Assembly: GCA_044225365.1 (NCBI GenBank) | Contig: JBGAIQ010000034.1 | Location: 1-57,799, forward strand | Origin: Planctomycetota bacterium | GTDB taxonomy: Bacteria; Planctomycetota; B15-G4; JADJEK01 | Direction of reading: 5' to 3' | Length of the DNA: 57,799 nucleotides | In this document: one piece after another, positions 25,559-35,817 of the stretch | How positions within the stretch are numbered: the stretch's first letter is position 1 | Layout of the letters: the number at the start of each line of letters is the position of its first letter | Notes under the pieces: model-generated | The model's database searches: none | What the model was told of the DNA's origin: nothing | The model's input: only the letters and a program-made list of their open reading frames with translations | Translations under genes and position numbers: made by a program

Positions 25559-28218
25559 CGGTCACACCGCTGCGCGAAGCCGAATTACGAGGCTGGCTGC
25601 GGTCCGTGGTCGAAAAGAACCTTCGTGGGAAGCGCTTCGTAGCGATTCGGCACCCAGGTCCATGGCTTGGCCCGCCCGAGCTTCGGATTGGGGATCAGAC
25701 CTACGACGTCGCGGTAACTCGCTCTGCTCTAGAAGTGCGACAAGAACTCGCCCGTGCTCGACCCGCGGATCGGGGTGTCGTAGTTCTTACCGACCGATCG
25801 GATACCGACCTTGGACAGGACGTACTCGTACGACTCGCGAAGGAGCGAGTGAATACTCTGGTTCCGTGGGAATCGGTGAAGCAATTGTTCAAGGCTCACT
25901 CGATCGATCCCGCAATTCAAGGTCGCGATAGTGAATGGATGGCTCGCGAACTTCTCGAGGCCGCACCGGTCGACGGTTTCGATCCCGTCGCAAGCGGCAT
26001 GCTCGACGAAGACACGGCATGGCAGGCGATAGCAAAACACCGCATTCGATTTGCCGAGCGACGTCTGTCATTGTCGACGTTGCTGCAATGGACGACCCAG
26101 CCCGGAGTCGGACCTCTCTTCGCCGCGGCGTCACCACCGTTCAGAAGGGCGTTTCTCGCACGTTGCGAGAGAGTGCTCGGTGGCGGTGGACGCTTGCTCG
26201 CGGTGATTCTCGATGCGGGCCGGGTTGCGGAGTCGGTGGCGATCGGACTCGCGTGCGACGTGATCTTCAGCGAGGGCTTCGTCGGTCTTGCACCTCGAGA
26301 AATCGCAGTGGCGCGTCTTGAAGCGAGCCTCGGTAATACGACGGTTGATCCTATGGCGGGGCGCCGCCTTGCGGCGGCTTCAATCGATGTCGTGCGAGTG
26401 CTTCGCGCAACTCCCAACGCGATCGTTGAGCCGATTCTTGCGTCGGCCGAGGAATGGCTCGACAAGCTCAAGATCCGCGATCACGCGTGGCGTAGTAGTG
26501 TCCTCCCAGCTGGATTCGATCAGCGCCGCGAGCGACTTGGTGAGGAGATCGTTTCGCTTCTCGCGGGCGACTCTCAGATCGATGCTGTCGATCGAGCAGC
26601 AGAACTATGTTGCGAGCATGATCGCGCCGGACAGCGAACATCCGACCGCGAGGCCATCTTGATGGCAGGAAGATTGACGCGCTTCGTCGGTGCGACTCGT
26701 AAGGCAGAGCCAACGGGACTGATCGACCTGGCGCGGCGATACGCGAATGAGAGCCTATTCGTCGATCTCGCGCGCGACTCGCTCCGAAGATCGGTCTCGC
26801 AACCGAAGCGGTGGGTGAATGCGGCGGTCGAACTGCTCGCCGGCGCAGATCGGTACCGGGGAGAGGAGAACCAGCGGTTCGCTACCGCGTTGGCTGAGGT
26901 CGAGCGAACGTCGACGTCGCTAGCCGCGGGAGTCCTTCGCATCGAGAATGTGCTCGACGCTGTCGTGGTTCCCATCGCTTCGTTGCGGCCGGTACTGATG
27001 CTCGTCGTCGACGGGATGAGTCTCCCTGTACTCGAACAACTCGCGCGGGGAATGCGCGGCTACGGGCTGCACGAACTGCGGGCGGAAAGTACGCCCGGGC
27101 GATTGCTCGCTCTCGCGGCGTACCCGACCACGACGGAGTGCAGTCGAGCGAGTCTGCTATCGGGCGCACTTGAGTGCGGTGGCGAGGATCTCGAGCGATC
27201 TCGGTTCGAGTCGCATCCAGGTCTCACCGCGACCTGCAAAAAAAGTCTCGCGCCTCGTCTCATCCACAAGAATGGACTCAAGGGAGAGTCCGGCGTCGGT
27301 CTCGCAGGATCGGTTCGCGAGGAGATCGCGAATGGCGGACGTCGCGTCTTGGGCATCGTGCTGAACGCTGTGGATGACGATCTGGCGAAGGGTGATCAGA
27401 TGCGAGAAGAGTGGCGCATCGACACGATCACGTCGCTTCCCGAAATCCTCGACGCGGCGCGTGAGGGTGGACGGGTCGTGATCATGACATCCGACCACGG
27501 CCATGTCCTCGAGCACGGGCAGACGCAGCGAACCCCGGCGGATGGCGGCGCGCGTTGGCGCCCTGGAACAGGAAAACTGGCGGAGGGAGAAATCCTTCTC
27601 CAAGGTCCCCGCGTGGCGAAGAAGTTCGGCGGCGCGGTGATCTTGCCGTGGAGCGAAAACCTGCGATATGGCCAGAGGCAGAACGGCTACCACGGCGGCT
27701 GCTCGACGCAGGAAGTAATCGTTCCCATCGCCGTCTTCACGACGCTGGATGTAGAACCAGACTTGAAGGCGATTGGCTGGTCGTTGGCGCCGCCGAATAC
27801 TCCGTCTTGGTGGGAGTCGACGGAGATCCCTGTCGTAACTGGGGAGGAGCCACAGGAAATCGTCGAGAAAAGTCCACCGAAGGGGTCGCTCTTCGACAAT
27901 CGCATGCCAAGCGGCTCGCTATCCGATCGACTGATTGCCTCCGAACTGTACGCCAGGCAGAAACAGCTCGTCTCACGCGCCGCGCTGTCGGACGAAATGG
28001 TGAAGGCGATCGTCGATGCGCTGATGGCGCACGGCGGCACGATGACACGCACGGCGCTCGCACGGAAGTTGAACCTGGCCGAGGTCCGCGTAAACGGGTA
28101 TCTCGCGATCGTCACTCGTGTCCTAAACGTCGACGGCTTCGACATTCTTGGTTCCGATGCAGGAGGCGATGGGGTGCGGTTGAACCACGAGGCCCTCGAA
28201 GCCCAGTTCCAAGTTTGA
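25555..28218 (+). CDS. pglZ: BREX type 2 alkaline-phosphatase-superfamily protein PglZ
   Basis: LVVDGMS, YPTTTECSRASL, IMTSDHGHV and GYHGGCSTQEVIVP; ATGA overlap with pglY. Confidence 0.93.
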   Translation: MTVTPLREAELRGWLRSVVEKNLRGKRFVAIRHPGPWLGPPELRIGDQTYDVAVTRSALEVRQELARARPADRGVVVLTDRSDTDLGQDVLVRLAKERVNTLVPWESVKQLFKAHSIDPAIQGRDSEWMARELLEAAPVDGFDPVASGMLDEDTAWQAIAKHRIRFAERRLSLSTLLQWTTQPGVGPLFAAASPPFRRAFLARCERVLGGGGRLLAVILDAGRVAESVAIGLACDVIFSEGFVGLAPREIAVARLEASLGNTTVDPMAGRRLAAASIDVVRVLRATPNAIVEPILASAEEWLDKLKIRDHAWRSSVLPAGFDQRRERLGEEIVSLLAGDSQIDAVDRAAELCCEHDRAGQRTSDREAILMAGRLTRFVGATRKAEPTGLIDLARRYANESLFVDLARDSLRRSVSQPKRWVNAAVELLAGADRYRGEENQRFATALAEVERTSTSLAAGVLRIENVLDAVVVPIASLRPVLMLVVDGMSLPVLEQLARGMRGYGLHELRAESTPGRLLALAAYPTTTECSRASLLSGALECGGEDLERSRFESHPGLTATCKKSLAPRLIHKNGLKGESGVGLAGSVREEIANGGRRVLGIVLNAVDDDLAKGDQMREEWRIDTITSLPEILDAAREGGRVVIMTSDHGHVLEHGQTQRTPADGGARWRPGTGKLAEGEILLQGPRVAKKFGGAVILPWSENLRYGQRQNGYHGGCSTQEVIVPIAVFTTLDVEPDLKAIGWSLAPPNTPSWWESTEIPVVTGEEPQEIVEKSPPKGSLFDNRMPSGSLSDRLIASELYARQKQLVSRAALSDEMVKAIVDALMAHGGTMTRTALARKLNLAEVRVNGYLAIVTRVLNVDGFDILGSDAGGDGVRLNHEALEAQFQV

Positions 28219-28240
28219 TTGCCTCGCCCGCAAGGAACTC

Positions 28241-29977
28241 ATGACGAACTATGAATCTCCGCAGGATCCGCACGCTCCGGTGGGGCTGTTCGACGCACCG
28301 CTCGACTTGGATCGAATCGTCGCGTATTGGCGGCAGCTTCCGGAGTCGGCGAGCGACGCCGACGAAGAGGCGAATATGCGCGAGATCGAGCGCGAGGGTC
28401 GGCGAATCTTCGACGCCGTTCGATTAGGAGCGTCCTCGATCGAGAACCTCGCGGACGATTTCGAGTACTTCGCGCAGGAACTAGCGAACATTCAGAGTCT
28501 CGAACCTGACGCGTTCGAGTTGTTCCGAAAGGACCTCCTGAGCCTCGAGGCGGATCCCGATCACGGCCGAACCTACGCGGTGAGTCTTGGTGGCGACCTC
28601 GAGCACTACGCTGAAGAATTGCTCTGGCTCCTCCGATGCTCGCGTGCGGATGCATTCCTTCCGACCGCGCGCTCGATCGGTGCGCACGCTATGGTCTGCG
28701 ATGCGAGAACGGATCCTGGCTTGGTAATCGCGATAGGAAACGCGCGAATCAAGAGTGCGTGCGAGCGCGCCGGGCTCAGCGTCGATCAAGCGTGGGACTT
28801 CGCGATGTGGCTCAGCCGCCACGAACAACTGCTGATTGGCGTCGACGATTCGCCTGGAGATCGCGCGGCGAAGGACTTGCTCTGGCAGCTCATGGCTCCG
28901 ACGGGGACTCGTCCCGATGTCGTGATCGATCGCGGAGGAGCCTCCGTGTTCGTCGAGCCCGGCATCGAGTTCGCAGACGACGTCGCCAAAGATCCCTACG
29001 ACATGCTCTCGAGTCAGTCAGCGCCGTGTCTAATCATTCGCGGCCGCGGCGAACGAGTTCGGGCTCGTTTCATGCTTGCGGCTGCAAACTGGGCGTGGGA
29101 CGAAAAAGACTTCTTCAAGAGCGGGTTCGGGCATGCGGTGGTGTGCGGCACCCTCTCACCACTGATGCATGCGTACGTACTCCAGATAAAACTGAGAAGG
29201 CTGATTCCAGATCGAGTGCCCGCTCGAATCACCGTGAAGCATCGACCCGTTTGGTTGAAACGAGATGGTCGGAACGAAGAGCGCAAGCACGCTTGGCACG
29301 ACGCCATGAAAGCGCTCGGCATCCCGATCGTCGACGGCGCCGTCGTTCACGGGAATTTCGTGCCGGCGACTAGAACCTTTGCGGAACCTCGGCTCGTGGT
29401 GCGAAACAGCATTGTCCTCGAGCTGCTGGCTCGCACGGCATTCGAAGACTTCGCATATCTGGAGCTACTCGAGGAACTCTGCCCGGATGCGGGAAAGAAG
29501 ATTCGACATCACGGTGCGGAACCGGATGACCACGGACTCGAGATGGATGATGACGACGAAGACTGGGATGACGCGAGCGACGGCGACGAGTGCGAGATCG
29601 AGGCCGACGAGCCAGTGGCGACCATGGTCGAGATCGATGTCGCGCCGCGAATCGTGACGCCGCCAGCAATGACGGAACGGGTGCGCCGGCTTCTTTCTTC
29701 GAATGTTCTCTTACGCCAACGCGCGTTGCCTCCCCGTGCCACGCTCTCCGACGATCAGGTAAGCATGATTGTAGCGCTATTGGAGGACGGCGGAGGCTCG
29801 CTGACCATTCCGGCTCTCGAACGCCAAAGTGGCATCCCCAACACGCGCCTTCACGGGATGCTGGCTCTGCTTCGTCGCCTGTTGAACGTCGACGGGTCAA
29901 CGGTGCTGCGCATCGATGAGGAATCGTCCACGGTCGTCATCGACCTACGCCTCCTGGACGAACTGTTCACCGAATGA
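28241..29977 (+). CDS. Hypothetical protein with acidic linker and a C-terminal PglZ-CTD-like domain
   Basis: 578-aa ORF inside the operon; the last ~100 aa align by eye with the PglZ C-terminus; the N-terminal ~420 aa are unrecognised. Confidence 0.7.
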   Translation: MTNYESPQDPHAPVGLFDAPLDLDRIVAYWRQLPESASDADEEANMREIEREGRRIFDAVRLGASSIENLADDFEYFAQELANIQSLEPDAFELFRKDLLSLEADPDHGRTYAVSLGGDLEHYAEELLWLLRCSRADAFLPTARSIGAHAMVCDARTDPGLVIAIGNARIKSACERAGLSVDQAWDFAMWLSRHEQLLIGVDDSPGDRAAKDLLWQLMAPTGTRPDVVIDRGGASVFVEPGIEFADDVAKDPYDMLSSQSAPCLIIRGRGERVRARFMLAAANWAWDEKDFFKSGFGHAVVCGTLSPLMHAYVLQIKLRRLIPDRVPARITVKHRPVWLKRDGRNEERKHAWHDAMKALGIPIVDGAVVHGNFVPATRTFAEPRLVVRNSIVLELLARTAFEDFAYLELLEELCPDAGKKIRHHGAEPDDHGLEMDDDDEDWDDASDGDECEIEADEPVATMVEIDVAPRIVTPPAMTERVRRLLSSNVLLRQRALPPRATLSDDQVSMIVALLEDGGGSLTIPALERQSGIPNTRLHGMLALLRRLLNVDGSTVLRIDEESSTVVIDLRLLDELFTE

Positions 29978-29984
29978 GGGAGTG

Positions 29985-31304
29985 ATGCTCAGTAGTCAAC
30001 GTCGTCGTGAGATCGTCGATGCCCTGCGAAGGGGCACGGTTCCTTCCCGCAGTCTGGATACGTTTGCCGTCGGGCTCGAGCGTTTCGCTCCGGCGATTGA
30101 AGACGAACTCGATCAAGTCTCCCGCGGATCTGCTGTATTCAAGGCAGTACGCGGCGACTACGGAAGCGGCAAGACCTTTTTCGCGAGGTGGATCCAGGAA
30201 ACCGCAAAGCGACGAGGATTCGTGACTTCCGAAGTGCAGATCTCCGACACCGAAACGCCGTTGCATCGGCTCGAAACGGTGTATCGAAGGCTCATCGAAC
30301 GACTAGGTACAACCGATCAATTACAGGGTGCATTTCGATCGATCATCGACGGCTGGTTCTTCACGCTCGAGCAAGACGTGCTCGCAGAAGGGACGATCGC
30401 CGAGACGGACACCGGAAAGCTCGTTCGTCGTGCGAACGAGTTGATGGAGAAACGACTCGGCTCGATCACTCGGACCGCTCCGGCGTTTGCTTCCGTTCTA
30501 CGCGGATACCGCGAGTGTCTAGAAGCTCGCGATACCGTCACGGCCGAGAGCTTGATTGCATGGCTCGCGGGACAACCGAATGTCGCCGCTGCTGCGAAGC
30601 GCATTGCGGGAGTGAAGGGCGAGATCGACCACTTCGGTGCGTTCTCGTTCCTCCAAGGTTTGCTCGTCGTGCTGCGAGACTCCGGACAGTCCGGACTGCT
30701 CCTCGTTCTCGACGAGGTAGAAACCATACAGCGCCAGCGGACGGATGTGCGTGACCGCGGTCTCAACGCGCTACGTCAGATCATCGATGAGGTCGACTCC
30801 GGTCGATTTCCTGGTCTGTACGTGATGGTCACGGGCACACCGGCGTTCTTCGACGGAACGCTCGGTGTGCAGCGTTCGCAGCCGCTCGCGCAGCGACTGC
30901 ACGTCGATTTTTCGACGGACTCCCGCTTCGACAATCCAAGGGCCGTGCAGATTCGGCTCGGGGGATTCGACATCGAGAGGTTGGGTCTCGTCGGTCGGAA
31001 GATCCGCGACATCTATGCGGATGGGAGCAACTCATCCGAGCGAATCCGAGGCGTCGTGGACGATGCGTACATCGACAAGCTCGCGATCGCCGTGACCGGC
31101 GCTCTTGGTGGCAAAGTGGGGATTGCGCCAAGGCTCTTCTTGAAGAAGCTGGTTGCCGATGTACTCGATCGCGTGGATCAGTTTGCCGATTTCGATCCAC
31201 GGCGAGACTACGCGCTCACGATGGCCGAATCCGAGCTGACCGACGAAGAGCGAGGAGCCCGAGAGCCGAAGAGTGCCGATGATATTCCATTGGACTTGAC
31301 GTGA
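29985..31304 (+). CDS. brxD: BREX system ATP-binding protein BrxD
   Basis: IVDALRRGTVP, Walker A VRGDYGSGKTFF, SEVQIS.TETPLHRLETVYRR and Walker B LLLVLDEVET. Confidence 0.92.
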   Translation: MLSSQRRREIVDALRRGTVPSRSLDTFAVGLERFAPAIEDELDQVSRGSAVFKAVRGDYGSGKTFFARWIQETAKRRGFVTSEVQISDTETPLHRLETVYRRLIERLGTTDQLQGAFRSIIDGWFFTLEQDVLAEGTIAETDTGKLVRRANELMEKRLGSITRTAPAFASVLRGYRECLEARDTVTAESLIAWLAGQPNVAAAAKRIAGVKGEIDHFGAFSFLQGLLVVLRDSGQSGLLLVLDEVETIQRQRTDVRDRGLNALRQIIDEVDSGRFPGLYVMVTGTPAFFDGTLGVQRSQPLAQRLHVDFSTDSRFDNPRAVQIRLGGFDIERLGLVGRKIRDIYADGSNSSERIRGVVDDAYIDKLAIAVTGALGGKVGIAPRLFLKKLVADVLDRVDQFADFDPRRDYALTMAESELTDEERGAREPKSADDIPLDLT

Positions 31305-33400
31305 CCGCCTTCGAGAGCCTTCACCCGGCCATTCAGTATCACATCGTGAATTCGCTCGGTTGGGCATCGCTCCGGCCGATGCAAGAGCGCTCGATCGAAC
31401 CGCTCGTCGCGGGAAGGCACGCGCTGATCATTGCGCCGACGGCGGGCGGGAAGACCGAAGCCGCGTTCTTCCCAATCCTCTCGAAGATGCTTGCGGAGGA
31501 ATGGAACGGAACGACAGTGCTGTACGTGTGTCCGTTGAAAGCGCTGCTCAACGACCTCGAGCACAGACTCTCGCGATACGCGGGGTACGTCGGTCGCCGG
31601 GTTCAACTGTGGCACGGCGACGTTTCGAATTCTGTGAAGGCTCGAGTTCCGTCCGAGCGCCCCGATGTGATTCTCACGACCCCTGAGTCCCTCGAGGTGA
31701 TGCTCGTTTCGCGAGACCCGGCACGGCGAGAGATGCTGCGAGACGTTCGAGTGGTGATCGTCGACGAACTGCACGCCTTTGCCGGGGACGATCGCGGATG
31801 GCATCTCCTCGCCGTTCTCGAGCGGATTGCACGTCTGTCCGGCCGCACGCTCCAACGAATTGGACTCTCGGCAACGATTGGCAATCCAAAAGACCTGCTC
31901 GCCTGGCTGATCGGAAGTAACGGCGGAGAAGGAGACGTAATTGCTCCTCTCGACGCCTCCGCCGTCGACGCAGACGTGGAGATCGACTACGTCGGAAACC
32001 TGGAGAACGCCGCGCTTGTGATCTCGAAGCTCCATCGCGGAGAGAAACGACTCGTTTTCTGCGACAGTCGAGCTCGAGTCGAAGAACTCGCAGCGCGCGT
32101 CCGAAATCTCGGCATCAGTACATTCGTGTCGCACGGCTCCCTCGCGCTCGAGGAGCGTCAACAGGCCGAGCAAGCGTTCGCGGAGGCACGCAATTGCGTG
32201 ATCGTCGCTACCAGCACCCTCGAGCTGGGTGTCGACGTTGGTGATCTCGATCGAGTCATCCAGATCGACGCACCGGCGACCGTGGCTTCGTTCCTTCAAC
32301 GCTCCGGCCGAACGGGAAGGCGACCTGGATCACGAAGGAACATGCTCCTCCTGACAACGACACCGGACGCGATGCTCCGTGCGGCCGCACTCGTTCGGCT
32401 CTGGAGGGGCGGCTACACCGAGCCGCTCGTGCCGCCGCCGCTTCCGTTTCATCTCTTTGCCCAGCAGACCCTCGCGCTCATTCTTCAATTCGGCCGAATC
32501 GGCCGCTCCGCCATCAAGGGTGCGATGGGCGGGGTTCCGCTTGCGGGTGGCATCTCCAATTCCGATCAGGACGCGATTCTCGAGCACATGATCGAGTCAG
32601 CGATATTGGTCGAAGACGCCGGCCTACTTCTGATGGGGCCGAACGGAGAAGAAACCTATGGCCACCGCAACTTCGTCGACGTCTTCGCAATCTTCTCGAG
32701 CCCGCCATTCTTCACAGTGATGCACGGTCGTGCCGAAATCGGCCAGGTCCACGAGCAGTCGCTTTTCACGAGCCGCGAAGGTGCGCCGATCGTTCTGACC
32801 TTGGCCGGTCGCCACTGGAAAGTCGAAGCGATCGAGTGGGATCGTCGAACGATTTCCGTCTCGCCGGCGCAAGAAGTCGGGCGATCGCGTTGGCTTGGGC
32901 TCGGTATGCCATCCCGTTTCGAGCACGCACAATCGGCAGCGGCGGTATTGGCTGGAGAGGATCCAGACTGCCGACTCACTCGAAGAGCGGGCGAATCCTT
33001 GGCCGAAGCACGTCGGGAGCATCCGTTCGTTCGCCCGGGACAGACGACCATTGTAATGAACGAGCGAGGAGTGCTGTGGTGGACGTTTGCGGGAATCCGC
33101 GCGAATACCCAGCTCGCGGGTCTTCAAGAAGCTGCGAGCTGCCCGTGGAAGGGCGAAGGCAATCACGTCGTGGTACTCTCCGAGCCCGCCGATGCGGAAG
33201 TGATCGATGATCGACTGCGCGAAGCTGGCGTGGAGTCTGTGCCAATCGCCGTCGATTCTCGAATCCGTGATGGAGTGAAGTTCAGCGAGTGCGTTCCCCC
33301 ACAGTTGATCGATCGGATGTTGCAGGCTCGGTGGCGCGATCCCCCTGCGCTCCGTTGGGTAGAATCGGCTCCGCGGAATGTCGTGATCGAACGCGAGTGA
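31301..33400 (+). CDS. brxHI: BREX type 2 Lhr-like SF2 helicase BrxHI
   Basis: APTAGGKTEAA, VIVDELH, IGLSAT, ATSTLELGVDVGD and QRSGRTGR; GTGA overlap with brxD. Confidence 0.9.
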   Translation: MTAFESLHPAIQYHIVNSLGWASLRPMQERSIEPLVAGRHALIIAPTAGGKTEAAFFPILSKMLAEEWNGTTVLYVCPLKALLNDLEHRLSRYAGYVGRRVQLWHGDVSNSVKARVPSERPDVILTTPESLEVMLVSRDPARREMLRDVRVVIVDELHAFAGDDRGWHLLAVLERIARLSGRTLQRIGLSATIGNPKDLLAWLIGSNGGEGDVIAPLDASAVDADVEIDYVGNLENAALVISKLHRGEKRLVFCDSRARVEELAARVRNLGISTFVSHGSLALEERQQAEQAFAEARNCVIVATSTLELGVDVGDLDRVIQIDAPATVASFLQRSGRTGRRPGSRRNMLLLTTTPDAMLRAAALVRLWRGGYTEPLVPPPLPFHLFAQQTLALILQFGRIGRSAIKGAMGGVPLAGGISNSDQDAILEHMIESAILVEDAGLLLMGPNGEETYGHRNFVDVFAIFSSPPFFTVMHGRAEIGQVHEQSLFTSREGAPIVLTLAGRHWKVEAIEWDRRTISVSPAQEVGRSRWLGLGMPSRFEHAQSAAAVLAGEDPDCRLTRRAGESLAEARREHPFVRPGQTTIVMNERGVLWWTFAGIRANTQLAGLQEAASCPWKGEGNHVVVLSEPADAEVIDDRLREAGVESVPIAVDSRIRDGVKFSECVPPQLIDRMLQARWRDPPALRWVESAPRNVVIERE

Positions 33401-33412
33401 TGACCAAACAGA

Positions 33413-34042
33413 TTGCGTGCTCGCCCTGCTGTTCGCCCCGAAGAGTTAGAAACCGATCTGAGGACCGCCATGATCTCCAAATTCGTCCGGCGCTGGCTGA
33501 TGGAAGAACGACGCCGCCGTCGCTTCGAAGCCCGTCCCTTCCCGCTCTGGGTCTACGGCGACGCTGAGCACCGCGACGAGTTCCTCGCCGCGCTGATCCG
33601 CCGCGCGCCGCACACCGTCGTGATCCATGCAGCACCGCCGGCGGACGACTCGCGAAGCCTGTCCCTCGGCTCGCGCAACCCGCAAACCGCCGCGATCACC
33701 GCCATCGTTCTCGAGCCCGACGATTTGCGGGACACGAAGGTCGCGTGGCGCATCGATCCGTTGGTCAACGCGCGCTACACGGCCGGCCGCACGACGGTCA
33801 TCCTGTCGTCGATCGCCGCCTCCTCGGCGTATGATTACTTCGTCCCCGGGCTCGACGAGTACATCCTGCCTCGCATCGTCGGGCGGATCCTCGAAGATGG
33901 CGACTGCGTGGGGCTCGCAGCCGATGGAGCCTTCGTAGCCGAGCATTCGTTCACGCATCGCGCGAGCGGTGACTATCGAATCGAGCTGCTTCGCCGTCGC
34001 ACCGGACGAGTCAGGATCGAAGACGCACGCAGGGGGTGGTGA
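33413..34042 (+). CDS. Degenerate DnaC/IstB-like AAA+ domain protein (Walker A lost)
   Basis: LWVYGDAEHRDEFLAALI at the P-loop position, IVLEPDDL, LVNARYTAGRTTVILSS and PRIVGRILE. Start uncertain (TTG 33413 or ATG 33470). Confidence 0.45.
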   Translation: MRARPAVRPEELETDLRTAMISKFVRRWLMEERRRRRFEARPFPLWVYGDAEHRDEFLAALIRRAPHTVVIHAAPPADDSRSLSLGSRNPQTAAITAIVLEPDDLRDTKVAWRIDPLVNARYTAGRTTVILSSIAASSAYDYFVPGLDEYILPRIVGRILEDGDCVGLAADGAFVAEHSFTHRASGDYRIELLRRRTGRVRIEDARRGW

Positions 34043-34170
34043 AGCGCAGACCGAGTGCCGCTCCGCCTCGAGACTCCCACGGCGCAGCACGCAGCGACCG
34101 GACCGGAACCCAGCACCGCGAGCTGCCGCGCAACGGGCTGAATTCCGATCCAAGTGCACTGACCGTGACA

Positions 34171-35817
34171 TCAGCCGGAAGCCGCGTGCTGCTGCATCCC
34201 TCGCAGGTGCAGCCGATACACGCCCGTTCGCGCGGTGAGCAGAAGCGTCGAGGTGTCCGCGTCGGCGAACACGAAGTTCGCGGGCAGCTCCGGGAACACG
34301 AGCTTGCCGAGCTTCTTGCCCGTGGGATCGAACACGTACACGCCGCCCGGGCCGGAGACGAACACGTTGCCGGACTTGTCGACCTCGAGGCCGTCGAGGG
34401 CTTCGTCGCCCTTCTCGCCCGTCAGGTCGGCGAACGGCTTCGTCTCCGACACGTGGCCGTCCCGATCGATCGCGTAGCGGGTGATCGTCTTCTTCTTGTC
34501 GTCCCAGTTCGACACGTAGAGGAACTTCTCGTCGGGTGAGAAGTCGAGCCCGTTCGGGCCCGCGAGCGTCTTGTCGACGACGAAGAGCTTGCCGTCCTTC
34601 AGGCCGAAGACTCCGGTGAAGTCGAGTTCGCGCCGGGGGTCGGCGTGGAACTTCGGGAGTCCGAAGGGCGGGTCGGTGAAGAAGAGCGCGCCGTCGCTCC
34701 TGTAGGTGAGATCGTTCGGGCTGTTGAGGCGCTTGCCCTCGAAGCGGTCGGCGAGGACGGTGAGGACGCCGTTCTTCTCGAGCCGCGTGACGCGGCGATT
34801 GCCGTGCTCGCAGATCGTGACGCGGCCCTCGGGATCGAGCGCGAGTCCGTTGCTGCCCGGCTGGTGATAGAGCCCGATGTCGACGCCGGTGTAGCCGCTC
34901 TTCGTGCGATACACCGTGACGCCGTCGTCCTCGGACCAATGGTAGATGACGTTGCGATTGGGATCGGAGAACAGCAGCGTTCCGTCGGGCAGCAGCGCGG
35001 GACCCTCGGTGAACTGGAAGCCGGTCGCGAGGCGTTCGAGATGCGCATCCTTCGCGACGATGGAATCGAGCGCGGGATCGTTCTTCACCACTTCGAGCCG
35101 GGCGTCCTCGCCGCGGCGCCACCGGTCCTTCGCGTAGAAGTCGAGGGTAGCGGAACGGAACCAGACGTAGTTCTGCGGCGGTGAGGAGAGCGGGCCGTTC
35201 TGCGCGAGGATCGCGATCGTGAACTGCTGGCCCGGAACGGCGTGATTCGTGAGAACGACGCGCTGCGGGGTGTTCCAGCCCGCGATCGTGCCGGGCGTTC
35301 CTCCGAGAAGGACGGGCAACTTGCCGTCGATGGTGATCTCGGCGTAATCGTCGACCGTCACTTCGAGCAATACGACCGCGTCCGTCACGTCGAGCGCGCC
35401 GACCGTTTTCGGGAGCGTGAGGCGCAGGCGATACCATTCGCCGGCGTACTCACCCGAGGAACGGCGCGTCTCGAGCGTGTCCGCCGAGATCACTTCCCAT
35501 TTCGAATCGTCGAAATCCGCCGCGCCGGCTTTGTTACCGACGTCGCGCGTCGCGACCTTCATGCCCGTCGGCTTGTGGTTCGCGTCGGGCTCGTTGAACT
35601 CGACGTCGACGAGCTCGAGAGGGTGTACGCGCCACTGCGCGGACACCAGCCGTGCGGTCTCGCTACTGCGAAGATCGACGATCGCATCCGGATTGTTACG
35701 CACGAGAGAATTGACGATGGGGCCGTTCCCGGCCTCCTGTGCGCTCGCGATCGCAAGGCAGGCGAAGACCGCACTGAGGAAGAGGAGGGCTGCAGTGAAT
35801 CGGTGCGTTCTCATCAT
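34171..35817 (-). CDS. SMP-30/gluconolactonase-family protein with signal peptide and N-terminal sugar-binding-like domain
   Basis: GFQFTEGP, GSNGLALD, RLNSPNDL, FFTDPPFG, GPNGLDFSPDEK and LDGLEVD. Confidence 0.88.
   Translation of the reverse strand: MMRTHRFTAALLFLSAVFACLAIASAQEAGNGPIVNSLVRNNPDAIVDLRSSETARLVSAQWRVHPLELVDVEFNEPDANHKPTGMKVATRDVGNKAGAADFDDSKWEVISADTLETRRSSGEYAGEWYRLRLTLPKTVGALDVTDAVVLLEVTVDDYAEITIDGKLPVLLGGTPGTIAGWNTPQRVVLTNHAVPGQQFTIAILAQNGPLSSPPQNYVWFRSATLDFYAKDRWRRGEDARLEVVKNDPALDSIVAKDAHLERLATGFQFTEGPALLPDGTLLFSDPNRNVIYHWSEDDGVTVYRTKSGYTGVDIGLYHQPGSNGLALDPEGRVTICEHGNRRVTRLEKNGVLTVLADRFEGKRLNSPNDLTYRSDGALFFTDPPFGLPKFHADPRRELDFTGVFGLKDGKLFVVDKTLAGPNGLDFSPDEKFLYVSNWDDKKKTITRYAIDRDGHVSETKPFADLTGEKGDEALDGLEVDKSGNVFVSGPGGVYVFDPTGKKLGKLVFPELPANFVFADADTSTLLLTARTGVYRLHLRGMQQHAASG

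Noticed and set aside
4811-34170. Integrase, tRNA or att direct repeats bounding the defence island
   Set aside because: None seen by eye; island edges are inferred from gene content only.
33446-35437. 663-aa and similar Arg-rich alternative-frame ORFs across the window
   Set aside because: Low-complexity Arg/Ala/Pro translations overlapping well-supported genes in another frame.
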